Of a DNA stretch of 59,336 bases, positions 9,791 to 19,709 are shown in pieces. The first letter of the stretch is position 1, and each line of letters begins with the position of its first letter. The notes beneath the pieces were generated by a model that was not told the origin of the DNA, searched no databases, and saw only the letters and a program-made list of their open reading frames with translations. A program made the translations under genes and the position numbers. This stretch comes from a virus (Duplodnaviria > Caudoviricetes): IMG/VR virus record IMGVR_UViG_3300023106_000003, positions 1 through 59,336 of that record, one strand, 5' to 3'.

Positions 9791-12700
9791 ATGGCGCTCG
9801 ACTTCGACTACAACGCAGCACGCAAGGCCGGTTACAGCGATGACCAGATCCTAGATGGTCTGAGGGCAAGCGGTGATTTGGACTTCGATGTCGACGCGGC
9901 GCGCAAGAAGTACAGCGCCACGGATATTATTCAGGGCATCCTGCCGCAACCGAAGGCGCCAGAGCCAGCGCCGGAACCGTCCGGCATCATGGGCCGCGTC
10001 AAGGACATCGGCATTTCCGCGCTCAAGGGCGCAATCTCCGTTCCTGAGTCGGCGATTGGTCTGGCTGATATCGTGACCGGCGGCGCTGCTGGTCGTGGCG
10101 CTGAGGCTATCGGCTTCCGTCCTGCTGAGGCAAAAGCTATCCTTAACGATTACTACTCGCCCGAGCAAAAAGCGGCCAACCGCGAAGTTGAAGAAACCAA
10201 GGGGTTCGTGCCGACCATTGGCGCAATGCTGGCGAACCCGAGCACGCTGGTGCAGGGTGGCGTCGAGTCGCTGCCGCTGATGGGCGCTGGTGGCGTGGTA
10301 GGCCGTGGCGTCTTGGCTGCTGCGCCGCGCATCAGTGCGCTGGCCGGCGCTGCCATTGGCGAGGGTGCTGTAGGTGCTGGATCCGCTGCCGAGCAAACCC
10401 GCCAGCAAACCGCTGATGGCTCCCTGTCGCTGGGCCAGGCTGGCGCGGCGCTAGCCTCCGGTATCGGCACTGGTGCATTTGCACTGGTTGGTGGACGGTT
10501 GGCGAAGAAGCTGGGCATCGAGGACATCGACACGGCACTCGTGCAAGCTGGTGCGCCGGCTGGTTCGACGCGCGGCGTGGTGCGGCGCATGCTGGAGGGC
10601 GGCGTGTCCGAAGGCGTCTTCGAAGAACTGCCGCAGTCGATTCAGGAACAGATGTGGCAAAACGCCGCAATGGACAAGCCGCTGATGGAAGGCGTACCTG
10701 AGAACGCGGCCAAGGGTCTGTTGCTTGGTGGCCTGTTCGGTGGCGTGGCTGGTATGCGCAGCAAAGCGCCGGCGGCTGTGGTGAATCCCGATCAACCGGA
10801 AGCCGCACCGCTCCTGCTGGGTAACACGCCCGACCCGTTCCTGTCGTTCCCCGATGGCTCGGTAGGCCGCAAGTCTGATGCCGAAGCATTCATCAACGGG
10901 CTTCCCGAAGCTGACCGCTTGGAAGCACGCGCCCGCCTGTTTGGCATGCAAGAGCAGACGGTGACGCCGGAAGACGTGTTAGGTGCCGAGTCGGTGGACG
11001 CTGCAATCGATATCGCCAATCGCGCCGTCGAGCAGGGTACTCCGGAGTTCCGCGCGCAACGCGATGCCGAAATCGATGCAGCATGGAGTCAGCACGTCAC
11101 CGACCTTATCGACCAGATGAACTCCAACTATGACGCCGCCGAGCAGCAACGCCTGGAAGCGGAGTTGCAGGGGATGATGGACCAGCGCGTCAATCAGAAC
11201 GTCGAGCAGGCTGAGGCGCTGACCGAGGCGCAAGGTTTCGACAATCCAGGCCCGACCGCGATGCAGCTTGCGATGCAGGAAGCTCAATCGCGTCGCGTGG
11301 CAGCAACCGATGCGGCGCGGCAAGATGCTACCATTGCGACTCCACAACAAGGAGTAAGCGATGGAACCGAACAGATTGGTAACGCAGGATTACGTCAAGA
11401 CAGCGGCCTTGGTGGTGCCGAGAGTTTGGCTCCCACTGTCAGTTCTCAAGATGCTGTTCAAAAAGAACCGGGGGCGCGGGCGGATATTGAACAGGGAAAC
11501 GAGGGAAATCAGCAAGACGCGCCACCAGCGCAGCAGCAGCGCCCGCAAGCGCAAGCTGATGCTGAGGTAGCGCAAGCCAAGGCCGTCCTGACCGCAGCCG
11601 GCGTGACCGGCAACGAGCGCATGGCGGCTTTGCGCAGCATCCGCACTGGCGAGAACACGATTGAAGACTTGATCGACGCCCACCCACCGAAGGCACAGGA
11701 GGCCGCAAATGCTGATCGAAACGCAGTCGATGTTGGTGGAAATGGCGATGTCGGAGGACGAGGCGCTGGAATCGCTGCTGGAGATGGACCAGTTGACGGA
11801 CGTGGAGATGTTCCTGTTGGAGGCGATGGGCGAGGACGACAGTCTGTTGCCGGACTCGATGATACTGTCGCTGAACAACGCGGTGCAGCGGTTGATGACA
11901 ATGCAAGCCCAGCCGCCGACACCCAGCCTGCACTAGCCCCGACCAATTCCCTGTCGCGCGATTCTAGCTGGGTCATCCGCAACAAGGCGACCGGCGAGGT
12001 GATGTTGGAAACCTTCGACAAGAAGAAGGTCGACGCGCTCAACACCGAGAAGTACGAAGCCGTGCCAGTGCAGCAGCACCTTGGCGAAATCAACACGCCG
12101 GGAACTTTGGCGAATCAGGTTGCAACTGGCGAGCAAGCTAGCGCCGCCGAAGATACCGCCGAACCGCAGACCCCGATGCAATCTGAGGTTGACCGCCTAC
12201 GCGCCGGCCGTGACGCGCGCATCGAGGCGCAGCGCAACAAGCCGAAATCGGAATCGCAGTTGGCGACCGAGGCCAAGTACGCGCGCCAGGAAGCAGAGAT
12301 TGCCCGCGCCAAGGAGAACGCCGAGGCCCGCAAGCAAGCGAAGGAACCGGCGCCAGCAGCGGAGCCGAGTAAGCCGGACGGCACCGTGACCGAACGCTAC
12401 CTTGGCCGCTACGGTAAAGGCATGTCCGAAAACAACGCCAAGACCGAAGCCGCCGATCGCAACAAGAAGGGCGACGGCACAAACTGGCGCGTCGAGGCGA
12501 ACGAGGAATTAGGCTATGACCGCTACGAGGTGGTCGGCTACAAGGATACCAAGCCGCGCAAATCAGAATCCCCGAACGCCGGCGGCATGACCGCTGCTGC
12601 CGTCAACAAAGCAATCGTCACGCTCAAGGCGAAGTGGCTGGGCTTCACCCGTGTGAATGTTGTTCAGTCGGTCGAGGACATCCCGGCCGAGGTGCAAGAG

Positions 12701-15700
12701 CGCGCGCAAGCCGACGCCGGAACCGAGGGTATCTACGATCCGCAGACCAAGGCCGTCTACCTGATCGCCGACAACATCGCATCGCCTGAGCGGGCCGCGT
12801 GGGTTGCCGCTCATGAAGTCCAAGGACATGCTGGGCTGCGAATGCTGCACGACAAGAGCGTCAACGAAGCACTGAACATCGCCGGCGCCAACCGCTTCGT
12901 CAAGAATCTAGCCACCGCCATCCAGCAGGACCGGGGCGACGTGTCGTCCAGCGTGGCGACTGAAGAGGCACTTGCTGAGCTTTCCGCCGCCACCGAGTCC
13001 GACGATTTCGCCGCGCTGGAGGACCGCTACCGCGTCAAAGTTCCCACTGCTTCGCGCAATGGCGTCATCGGTGCCGTCGCTCGCGTCTACGAGGCCGTCA
13101 AGCGCTTCCTGGCATCAGTCATGGGCAAGCCGGTATCCGCCGTGTCGGATGCTGATGTGCGCGCGCTGATCGGTGAGCAGCAGGCGGCTGTCGAAGGGCG
13201 CGATGCACCTGACCGCCAATCGTCTGAGCAGGGAGTATTTGCATCGGTCAAGGAGGCGGTCACCAACACGCCGGCGTTCAAGCGCTGGTTTGGTAAGAGT
13301 AAAGTAGTGGACGAGAGCGGCAATCCATTGGTGATGTATCACGGTAGCAAGAAGGACTTCACCGCATTTGATAAGCGCTTCTTGAATGGCGAGAATGGTC
13401 GCAGCGAGGGTGCTGGGTTTTACTTCACCAGTGATCGCGATATTGCTTCTAGCTATTCGACCGGCGGCAAGCTGTTTGAAGCCTACCTAGCCATAGAAAA
13501 ACCACTCCCATACGACGCAAAACCTTTCACTGTAGCGCAAATGCAAAAGGTGATTCTGCGCGCAGCTGAGTTGGAATCTGAGAATGAGGGCGGCGATATC
13601 CGGGATGGGTTTTTGGCTAACTGGGGAGATACATACTCAAGCCCACCAACACGTGTAGCCAATGAGGCAGCTCGGGCAATGGTTGGCGAGGAACGCGCTA
13701 TTGACCAGCTTGGCGGCCTCATGGGGGCTGGTCTGGCGCCGGATATTGTGAATCAGGCTTTGCGCGAAACACTAGGTTACGATGGCTTCAGTGCTAAAGG
13801 TTTTAGCAACGAAGGCGGAGCTGACAAGATGATCTTCATTGCTATGGAGCCATCGCAGATCAAGTCCGCGACCGACAACAACGGCAACTTCGACCCCAAC
13901 GAGGATTCAATCCTCAAGAGCCGCGCACCGACGCCGGCACAGGAAGTTATCCCTAAGTGGGCAGAGAACGAATCGGACGCGGTGAAGGCTGCGCTGCGCA
14001 AGGCCGGCATCATCTACACCGAGGAAACCTTCAAGCAGAAGGTCGCCAAGCTGAAAGAGGGAGCGCTGAAGAAGCTGCAGTACGGCATCCTCGACCAGTT
14101 CGCCCCGATCAAAGACCAGCTTGGCCGCATCCCGTACGTGATGGCGCGCATGGCGAAGAACGCGGACGGCACGCTGGAGGCGCTGATGCTGTACGGGCGC
14201 CCGCATCTGGACGCGGACGGCGGCATGCTGGTGGATACCACGAAGAAGGGCTTCATCGAAACGATGCAGATCCTGAACGGCGAGCATGACCGGTTCTTCT
14301 CGTGGATGGCCGGCCGGCGCGCGGAGCAGTTGAAGAAGGAAGGCCGTGAGAACCTGTTCACTGATGCTGATATCTCCAACCTGTCGACGCTGAACCAAGG
14401 CCGCATGAAGGACGGCAGCAGCCGTGAAGCGACCTACCTGCGCGCGCAGAAGGACGTCGCCGAGCTAAACAAGTCGGTGCTGGACATCGCCGAGGCGTCG
14501 GGCCTGATTGATCCTGAGTCGCGCAAGATTTGGGCGTCTGAAATATATGTACCTTTTTACCGCCTAATGGAAGAAGGAGTAACTGGACCGTCGATCAAGT
14601 CGGGCTTGGTCAATCAGAAGTCCATCAAGAAGCTTAAGGGCGGAACCAACAACCTCGGCGACCTGACGCAGAACATGCTGATGAACTGGTCTACGCTGCT
14701 TACGGCATCGGCCAAGAATCGCGCGGCCAAGGCGTCGCTTGAAGCGGCCAAGCAGATCGGCGCTGCAACCGAGGCCGACGAGGCCACCATCCGCGCCATG
14801 GGCAAGTCGGCCAGCACCAAGGCCGTATCCTATATGGACAACGGCGTCAACCGCTGGCATGTCGTGGAGGACGATGCGCTGCTGGCAGCCATCTCGGCGC
14901 TGGAGTTCAACGGCTACAACAACAACGCCATGCGAGCCATGTCGTGGTTCAAGACGACCTTGACGAAACTCGTGACCATCTCGCCGTACTTCAAGGTGCG
15001 CAACTTGATCCGGGATTCGCTATCCGTTCTAGCGGTGTCCGACATCAACCGCAATCCGCTGGTGAACATCAAGAACGGCTACTCGCTCATGCGCAACAAT
15101 GACGCACGCGCGCAGATGGTCGCTGGCGGTGGTATCTACCGGTTCGGCATGACGATGGAGGGGAATCGGGCCGAGCACATCAAAAAGCTCATCGACTCCG
15201 GCGTGCCTGACGATACGATTTTGAATACCGCCGAGAAGATGCAGAAGTTCTTCGGCAAACTTTGGAGCGCGTACGAGGAAGTCGGCGACTTGTCGGAGAA
15301 CGTCAACCGTGCAGCGCTTTATCAAAAACTGCGCAACGAAGGGGTATCCCACCTTGAGGCATCCTTTGAAGCCAGGGACTTGATGGACTTCGGGCTTTCA
15401 GGAGCGTGGGCTGGCGTGCGGGCGTTGAATCAAATTTTGCCGTTCATGAACGCGCGCCTCCAGGGCCTCCGAAAGCTAGGTGTCGGATACAACGACGATC
15501 CAAAGCGAATGATGTATGTCGTTGGCGCTTTAACTTTAGCTACCATCGCTCTGTCGCTGGCGTTTAAGGATGATGATGACTTCAAAAAACGTAGCGATTC
15601 AGACCGTAATAATTATTGGTGGTTCAAGGTTGGCGGGATAGCTTATCGAATCCCTCGCCCGTTTGAAATTGGCGCGGCAGCTACTGCCATCGATAATTTC

Positions 15701-16474
15701 TCGGCGCTGTTTTACGATTCGAAGAACACCAACATCGATCGCTTTACAACGCAGATGTCGGAGTTAATCAACGGCCAGCTTGCCATGAACCCAATCCCGC
15801 AAGTATTCCGGCCGCTGATCGACGTGTACGCCAACAAGGACGCGTTCTCTGGCCGTCCGATTGAATCCATGGCAATGCAACGTTTGCGCCCCGAGGACCG
15901 ATACACGAACAACACGTCTGAGCTGGCCCGTCTCTTGTCTAAGTCAGGTGTATTCGTTGATCCGGTTAGTTTGGTGGCCGGGACTGGAGTACGTCAGCTT
16001 TCGCCTGTTCAGATTGATTCTCTGATTAAAGGATACTTCGCTGGCGCCGGCGTGTTTGCGGTAGCTGGTGCTGATGGTCTGCTGCATCACACGTTGATCG
16101 ACCGTGGCGCTGCGCTGCCTGTCCCTCTCAAAACGCTCACTGGGTCGTTCGCCGAGGATCTGCCATCGAATAGTAGCCGGTACGTTGACATGCTCTACAA
16201 GACGGCCCAGGACGTCGAGCAAACCTATGCCAGCTATCAGAATGCAGTGAAGCAGGGCGACATCGAGAAAGCGCGCGGCATCATGAAGGATGAAGGCGCG
16301 ACCATCGCGAAGTATCACATGATCGAGTCGCTGAAGAAAAACGAAAGCCGTATCGGTCAGGTGATCCAGCGCACTATGAACGATAAGACTTTGACTGGTG
16401 AGCAGAAGGCGGAAACAATCCGGAGGCTGAAGGCTGTGCAAGATAAGATCGCACGGCAACTTGTTGCTCGGTGA
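9791..16474 (+). CDS. Large polyvalent ejected virion protein (zincin-like MPTase, ART-PolyVal-like, LPD38-like C-terminus), ~2227 aa
   Basis: Start at ATG 9791 after aggaat. Motifs: AHEVQGHAGLR (HExxxH zincin-like); TPAFKRWFGKSKVVDESGNPLVMYHGS..GFYFT (polyvalent ADP-ribosyltransferase-like); WWFKVGGIAYRIPRPFEIG (LPD38-like). Confidence 0.8.
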   Translation: MALDFDYNAARKAGYSDDQILDGLRASGDLDFDVDAARKKYSATDIIQGILPQPKAPEPAPEPSGIMGRVKDIGISALKGAISVPESAIGLADIVTGGAAGRGAEAIGFRPAEAKAILNDYYSPEQKAANREVEETKGFVPTIGAMLANPSTLVQGGVESLPLMGAGGVVGRGVLAAAPRISALAGAAIGEGAVGAGSAAEQTRQQTADGSLSLGQAGAALASGIGTGAFALVGGRLAKKLGIEDIDTALVQAGAPAGSTRGVVRRMLEGGVSEGVFEELPQSIQEQMWQNAAMDKPLMEGVPENAAKGLLLGGLFGGVAGMRSKAPAAVVNPDQPEAAPLLLGNTPDPFLSFPDGSVGRKSDAEAFINGLPEADRLEARARLFGMQEQTVTPEDVLGAESVDAAIDIANRAVEQGTPEFRAQRDAEIDAAWSQHVTDLIDQMNSNYDAAEQQRLEAELQGMMDQRVNQNVEQAEALTEAQGFDNPGPTAMQLAMQEAQSRRVAATDAARQDATIATPQQGVSDGTEQIGNAGLRQDSGLGGAESLAPTVSSQDAVQKEPGARADIEQGNEGNQQDAPPAQQQRPQAQADAEVAQAKAVLTAAGVTGNERMAALRSIRTGENTIEDLIDAHPPKAQEAANADRNAVDVGGNGDVGGRGAGIAAGDGPVDGRGDVPVGGDGRGRQSVAGLDDTVAEQRGAAVDDNASPAADTQPALAPTNSLSRDSSWVIRNKATGEVMLETFDKKKVDALNTEKYEAVPVQQHLGEINTPGTLANQVATGEQASAAEDTAEPQTPMQSEVDRLRAGRDARIEAQRNKPKSESQLATEAKYARQEAEIARAKENAEARKQAKEPAPAAEPSKPDGTVTERYLGRYGKGMSENNAKTEAADRNKKGDGTNWRVEANEELGYDRYEVVGYKDTKPRKSESPNAGGMTAAAVNKAIVTLKAKWLGFTRVNVVQSVEDIPAEVQERAQADAGTEGIYDPQTKAVYLIADNIASPERAAWVAAHEVQGHAGLRMLHDKSVNEALNIAGANRFVKNLATAIQQDRGDVSSSVATEEALAELSAATESDDFAALEDRYRVKVPTASRNGVIGAVARVYEAVKRFLASVMGKPVSAVSDADVRALIGEQQAAVEGRDAPDRQSSEQGVFASVKEAVTNTPAFKRWFGKSKVVDESGNPLVMYHGSKKDFTAFDKRFLNGENGRSEGAGFYFTSDRDIASSYSTGGKLFEAYLAIEKPLPYDAKPFTVAQMQKVILRAAELESENEGGDIRDGFLANWGDTYSSPPTRVANEAARAMVGEERAIDQLGGLMGAGLAPDIVNQALRETLGYDGFSAKGFSNEGGADKMIFIAMEPSQIKSATDNNGNFDPNEDSILKSRAPTPAQEVIPKWAENESDAVKAALRKAGIIYTEETFKQKVAKLKEGALKKLQYGILDQFAPIKDQLGRIPYVMARMAKNADGTLEALMLYGRPHLDADGGMLVDTTKKGFIETMQILNGEHDRFFSWMAGRRAEQLKKEGRENLFTDADISNLSTLNQGRMKDGSSREATYLRAQKDVAELNKSVLDIAEASGLIDPESRKIWASEIYVPFYRLMEEGVTGPSIKSGLVNQKSIKKLKGGTNNLGDLTQNMLMNWSTLLTASAKNRAAKASLEAAKQIGAATEADEATIRAMGKSASTKAVSYMDNGVNRWHVVEDDALLAAISALEFNGYNNNAMRAMSWFKTTLTKLVTISPYFKVRNLIRDSLSVLAVSDINRNPLVNIKNGYSLMRNNDARAQMVAGGGIYRFGMTMEGNRAEHIKKLIDSGVPDDTILNTAEKMQKFFGKLWSAYEEVGDLSENVNRAALYQKLRNEGVSHLEASFEARDLMDFGLSGAWAGVRALNQILPFMNARLQGLRKLGVGYNDDPKRMMYVVGALTLATIALSLAFKDDDDFKKRSDSDRNNYWWFKVGGIAYRIPRPFEIGAAATAIDNFSALFYDSKNTNIDRFTTQMSELINGQLAMNPIPQVFRPLIDVYANKDAFSGRPIESMAMQRLRPEDRYTNNTSELARLLSKSGVFVDPVSLVAGTGVRQLSPVQIDSLIKGYFAGAGVFAVAGADGLLHHTLIDRGAALPVPLKTLTGSFAEDLPSNSSRYVDMLYKTAQDVEQTYASYQNAVKQGDIEKARGIMKDEGATIAKYHMIESLKKNESRIGQVIQRTMNDKTLTGEQKAETIRRLKAVQDKIARQLVAR

Positions 16475-16548
16475 TAAAATGACGCATCACCGGTGCGCTT
16501 CGAACGCACCGGCGACACTTCCCATCAATCAACTATACGGAGTTGATC
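16472..16548 (+). promoter_or_regulatory. Extended -10 element plus two hairpins, the second sequestering the HNH gene RBS
   Basis: TGATAAAAT at 16472-16480; hairpin ccggtgcg-cttcgaa-cgcaccgg; hairpin atcaact-atacgg-agttgat containing GGAG just before the ATG. Confidence 0.55.
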
Positions 16549-17394
16549 ATGAGCGATCACGATTCTACCACTGGAAAAGTCTGCCGAGACTGCAAGCAGT
16601 ACAAGCAATTCTCTGAATTCGGTATCCACAAGTACAGTAAGGACAAGCTTAACTACCACTGCAAATCATGTGCATGTATCAGAAGTAAGGCATATGTAGC
16701 TTCCAATAAGGAAGCCGTTGCAGCCAGGAAGAAGGAATATCGAGCAAAGCCCGAGACGAAAGCAAAAGATGCGGCATCGTTCAAGGCATACAAGGAAAAA
16801 CACAAAGACGAATTACGTACGAAACGCATAGAAAAGTACCAAACTATGACGCCGGAACAACGAGAACGAAAGCGCCAGTTGAACCGGGAATATTGGGATC
16901 GCCATAATAAGGCCATCAATGCACGCCGCAATTCCAGAGAGTGGACGCCGGAAGCTATCGAGAATAATCGTGTATGGCATTCCGAATGGTACAAGTTGAA
17001 TAGGGATAAAATCCTTCAACAAAGAGCTCAGTACTATCAAGAGAACCGTGATCGCGTAATCGCCAATGTGCGCAGTTACGAGCAAGCCAATCCTGACAAG
17101 GTGCGAATGCTTGGCAGGGTCAAGGCCCATCGCCGACGCATTCGCCTGGAAGCGGCCGGTGGCGAGAACTACACGCGCCAGGACATTGAGCGGATCTATG
17201 AGTTGCAGCGTGGATGCTGCGCGGCGTGCACGAAGAATTTGAACGGGAAGTATCACATTGACCACCGGATACCTGTGGCGAAGGGTGGCAACAACACGAA
17301 GGAGAACATCGACTTGCTTTGTCCGCCATGTAATCACAGGAAGTCGGCCAAATTGCCTCATGTGTTCGCGCAGGAGAACGGAAGGTTGATCTAG
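16549..17394 (+). CDS. HNH homing endonuclease with N-terminal zinc finger
   Basis: CRDC...CKSC N-terminus, basic helical repeats, and C-terminal CAAC..HIDHRIPVAKGGNNTKENIDLLCPPCNHRK. More AT-rich than its flanks. Confidence 0.9.
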   Translation: MSDHDSTTGKVCRDCKQYKQFSEFGIHKYSKDKLNYHCKSCACIRSKAYVASNKEAVAARKKEYRAKPETKAKDAASFKAYKEKHKDELRTKRIEKYQTMTPEQRERKRQLNREYWDRHNKAINARRNSREWTPEAIENNRVWHSEWYKLNRDKILQQRAQYYQENRDRVIANVRSYEQANPDKVRMLGRVKAHRRRIRLEAAGGENYTRQDIERIYELQRGCCAACTKNLNGKYHIDHRIPVAKGGNNTKENIDLLCPPCNHRKSAKLPHVFAQENGRLI

Positions 17395-17586
17395 CTAAAC
17401 AAGGGTGAGGTATCCCTGCTCTAGGAAGTTGAGCACTTCGGCGGTCACGATGAAGACGCCGGCCCAAATCCAGAGCAGCGATTCCCACAGCTTGCGCTGC
17501 TTGCGAGTGGTGAGGGTGTAGAAGGCGACAACCGCCAGCCATGCGCCCCAAAAGATAAGTGTTCCCATGTCATAAATTATAGGCAT
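17395..17586 (-). CDS. Small two-TM membrane protein (possible exclusion/immunity moron)
   Basis: Two hydrophobic segments separated by TRKQRK; it is the only minus-strand gene in the late region. Confidence 0.45.
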   Translation of the reverse strand: MPIIYDMGTLIFWGAWLAVVAFYTLTTRKQRKLWESLLWIWAGVFIVTAEVLNFLEQGYLTLV

Positions 17587-17668
17587 GAAATATGTACTGT
17601 AGGTAATTTACAGACGGTACGCTGGTAAAATGGCGATACTCAACAACACTTCACAAAAAGGAATTGAC

Positions 17669-17761
17669 ATGAACAAGAATCCACTGATGGCGACCGGCGG
17701 AAACGGCCCGACCAAGCCACCTCCGAAGCCGAAAGAAACTACGAAGCCGCAGAAAAAATGA
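17669..17761 (+). CDS. 30-aa Pro/Lys-rich peptide MNKNPLMATGGNGPTKPPPKPKETTKPQKK (not in ORF track)
   Basis: RBS aaaggaa, ATGA overlap with the next gene, and extended -10 TGGTAAAAT at 17623-17631. Confidence 0.55.
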   Translation: MNKNPLMATGGNGPTKPPPKPKETTKPQKK

Positions 17762-18180
17762 ACACGCTGCGCGACCGATTGTCGCTGTGGTGCCTGTCCA
17801 TGAGTACGAGTTACGCCTTCGCGTCTGTCATTGGCGGGCGGCCGGCTGGCGAGTATTGGGACATGGCCTACTTCGGGAGCGCGGCTACGGTTGACTGGGC
17901 GATGTACTACTTTTGCTCAGTGTATTTAGCTGGAAAATTATGCCGTGACATGGAAGCCCTATGCATCGCCTCTATCGTCACAAATGCGCTTGGTTTTGCG
18001 CTGTACATGGCCGAGTACCCGCCAACTATCTACAACTTTATGATAGCGGGACTCAATTATGTGTTTGCCATTAGATTACTCATGGGCAGAGGCGATGTTT
18101 TTAACTATTCTCACTGGCGGGATTTGGTTCGCGGCGCTGTTGGTCGACGTCCTCACTTCGCGAAGGAAAAAACGAAATGA
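17758..18180 (+). CDS. Multi-pass membrane protein upstream of the lysis genes
   Basis: About 4 hydrophobic segments and a basic C-terminal tail; translationally coupled on both sides. Confidence 0.6.
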   Translation: MNTLRDRLSLWCLSMSTSYAFASVIGGRPAGEYWDMAYFGSAATVDWAMYYFCSVYLAGKLCRDMEALCIASIVTNALGFALYMAEYPPTIYNFMIAGLNYVFAIRLLMGRGDVFNYSHWRDLVRGAVGRRPHFAKEKTK

Positions 18181-18455
18181 TGAACTGGCAAAGCGAATTG
18201 CAAAGCGCCGCTGAGCGGGTGATGGAAAGTCCGAAAACAACTGCACTTGTGTCGGCATATAGCACGGCGGCCGGTCTCGCCGCACTTCAGCAGTGGATCA
18301 CCGGTCTTGGGTCAACATTGGCGGTTTTTGCCGGCTTGATTGGTGTATTGGTACTGGCTAGGCTGAACTGGATCAAGAGCGAGAATGAGAAGATCCGGGG
18401 GAGACTGCTCCGTGAAAAGGCCCATGAAATGGGCGTCGACTTACTGGACGAATGA
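18177..18455 (+). CDS. Holin/antiholin candidate
   Basis: 92 aa with 1-2 TM helices and a charged C-terminus, directly before the endolysin; tandem ATG ATG start. Confidence 0.55.
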   Translation: MMNWQSELQSAAERVMESPKTTALVSAYSTAAGLAALQQWITGLGSTLAVFAGLIGVLVLARLNWIKSENEKIRGRLLREKAHEMGVDLLDE

Positions 18456-18955
18456 TGACCCCTATCCGCCTTCTGCAAAAAGCCATTCTTCCAGCGCTCG
18501 ATGAACTGGCAACGCTTGGCGTACGCACCGAACTAGGCGCCGCGCGTTTCATGCTGGCGATCGCTCTGCAGGAATCTGGGCTAGCGCACCGCCGGCAAGT
18601 GACGGCTGGAGGTGACGAACTTGGCCCCGCTGCGTCGTTTTGGCAGTTCGAACAGGGCGGCGGTTGCAAGGGCGTTCTGTCCCACCCAGCGGCGGCAAAG
18701 CACATGAATGCGATCTGTGACGCCTACAACATTAGCGCTACGACCGCCGGCCTGTGGGAGGCGATGCGCTATCAGGACATCGTGGCGGCGTGCGCCGCGC
18801 GCCTTCTGGTGCGCACTCTGCCATCCGCGCTGCCGATTGACGGTGCTTCTAGCTGGAGCCAATACGTCGCCGCATGGAGGCCAGGCAAGCCTCACCCCGA
18901 AACCTGGTCGGCCAACTGGGCTCTCGCTTCTGCGGTCGTTGGAGTAAAGCCATGA
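18452..18955 (+). CDS. Endolysin, lysozyme/transglycosylase-like fold
   Basis: LAIALQES catalytic Glu motif, GPAASFWQFE and WRPGKPH; lies between membrane genes and spanins. Confidence 0.7.
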   Translation: MMTPIRLLQKAILPALDELATLGVRTELGAARFMLAIALQESGLAHRRQVTAGGDELGPAASFWQFEQGGGCKGVLSHPAAAKHMNAICDAYNISATTAGLWEAMRYQDIVAACAARLLVRTLPSALPIDGASSWSQYVAAWRPGKPHPETWSANWALASAVVGVKP

Positions 18956-19308
18956 CCCCGCGCGAATGGATGCTGGCGGTACTGGCTGGCTTCGGTCTGC
19001 TTATCATCCTGACATTTTGGCGCGCGCACCGTAATGCTCTGCAGCAGTTCAATGCATTCGACTTGGTCATGGAGAACGGGCGAGTGAGCAAGATCGCCTT
19101 CTCCTACATGCTGGTGCTGCTGGTATCGACTTGGGTGATCGTGCTTATGGCGTGGCGCGACAAGCTGACGGACGCCATGTTCGGCCTATGGCTGGCGGCT
19201 TGGGTTGGCCCGCTTGTGGCTAAAATTGTGTTCAACAAAGCGGACATGCCGGGCATCATTTCCACCAGCACATTGACGCAGCAAACCACGGAGGTAACGA
19301 AGCCATGA
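18952..19308 (+). CDS. Holin-like membrane protein (3 TM)
   Basis: Start at ATG 18952 (ATGA overlap, RBS ggag). Three hydrophobic helices and a DLVMENGRVS motif. Confidence 0.6.
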   Translation: MTPREWMLAVLAGFGLLIILTFWRAHRNALQQFNAFDLVMENGRVSKIAFSYMLVLLVSTWVIVLMAWRDKLTDAMFGLWLAAWVGPLVAKIVFNKADMPGIISTSTLTQQTTEVTKP

Positions 19309-19709
19309 GCCTAATCCCAACTTGGCCGATTGCCGCCGGAGCGCTGGTCGTCGGTCTGTCCGCTGGAGGCTTCGGCGCCAAGCTGTGGTACGCCGATACT
19401 ATCGCGGATCTGAAAATCTCAGCAGCCGAGACGAAGCGAGACGAGGCGAACGCGATATCGCAAGCATCGCAAGTAGCGCTGTCTGACTACAAGACCGCTG
19501 CCGAAGTGATCGCTGCTGCCGCTCTCGGTGCGCAGACCGATATGACATCCGCCCTAGCCCAGCTTGCTGCCATCCGAAAAGGACAGAAAAATGCGCCACC
19601 TCCTAAGCTGCCTGACGATTGCCGTCCTGGTCCTATCCGGCTGCGAAACCTTGCCGAAAGCGCCGCCGAAGCTGACCGCGCCATCTCTGGATCAGTTCCT
19701 CGCAAATGA
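19305..19709 (+). CDS. i-spanin (Rz-like)
   Basis: N-terminal TM anchor, helical periplasmic domain, LPDDC motif; overlaps a lipoprotein gene. Confidence 0.75.
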   Translation: MSLIPTWPIAAGALVVGLSAGGFGAKLWYADTIADLKISAAETKRDEANAISQASQVALSDYKTAAEVIAAAALGAQTDMTSALAQLAAIRKGQKNAPPPKLPDDCRPGPIRLRNLAESAAEADRAISGSVPRK

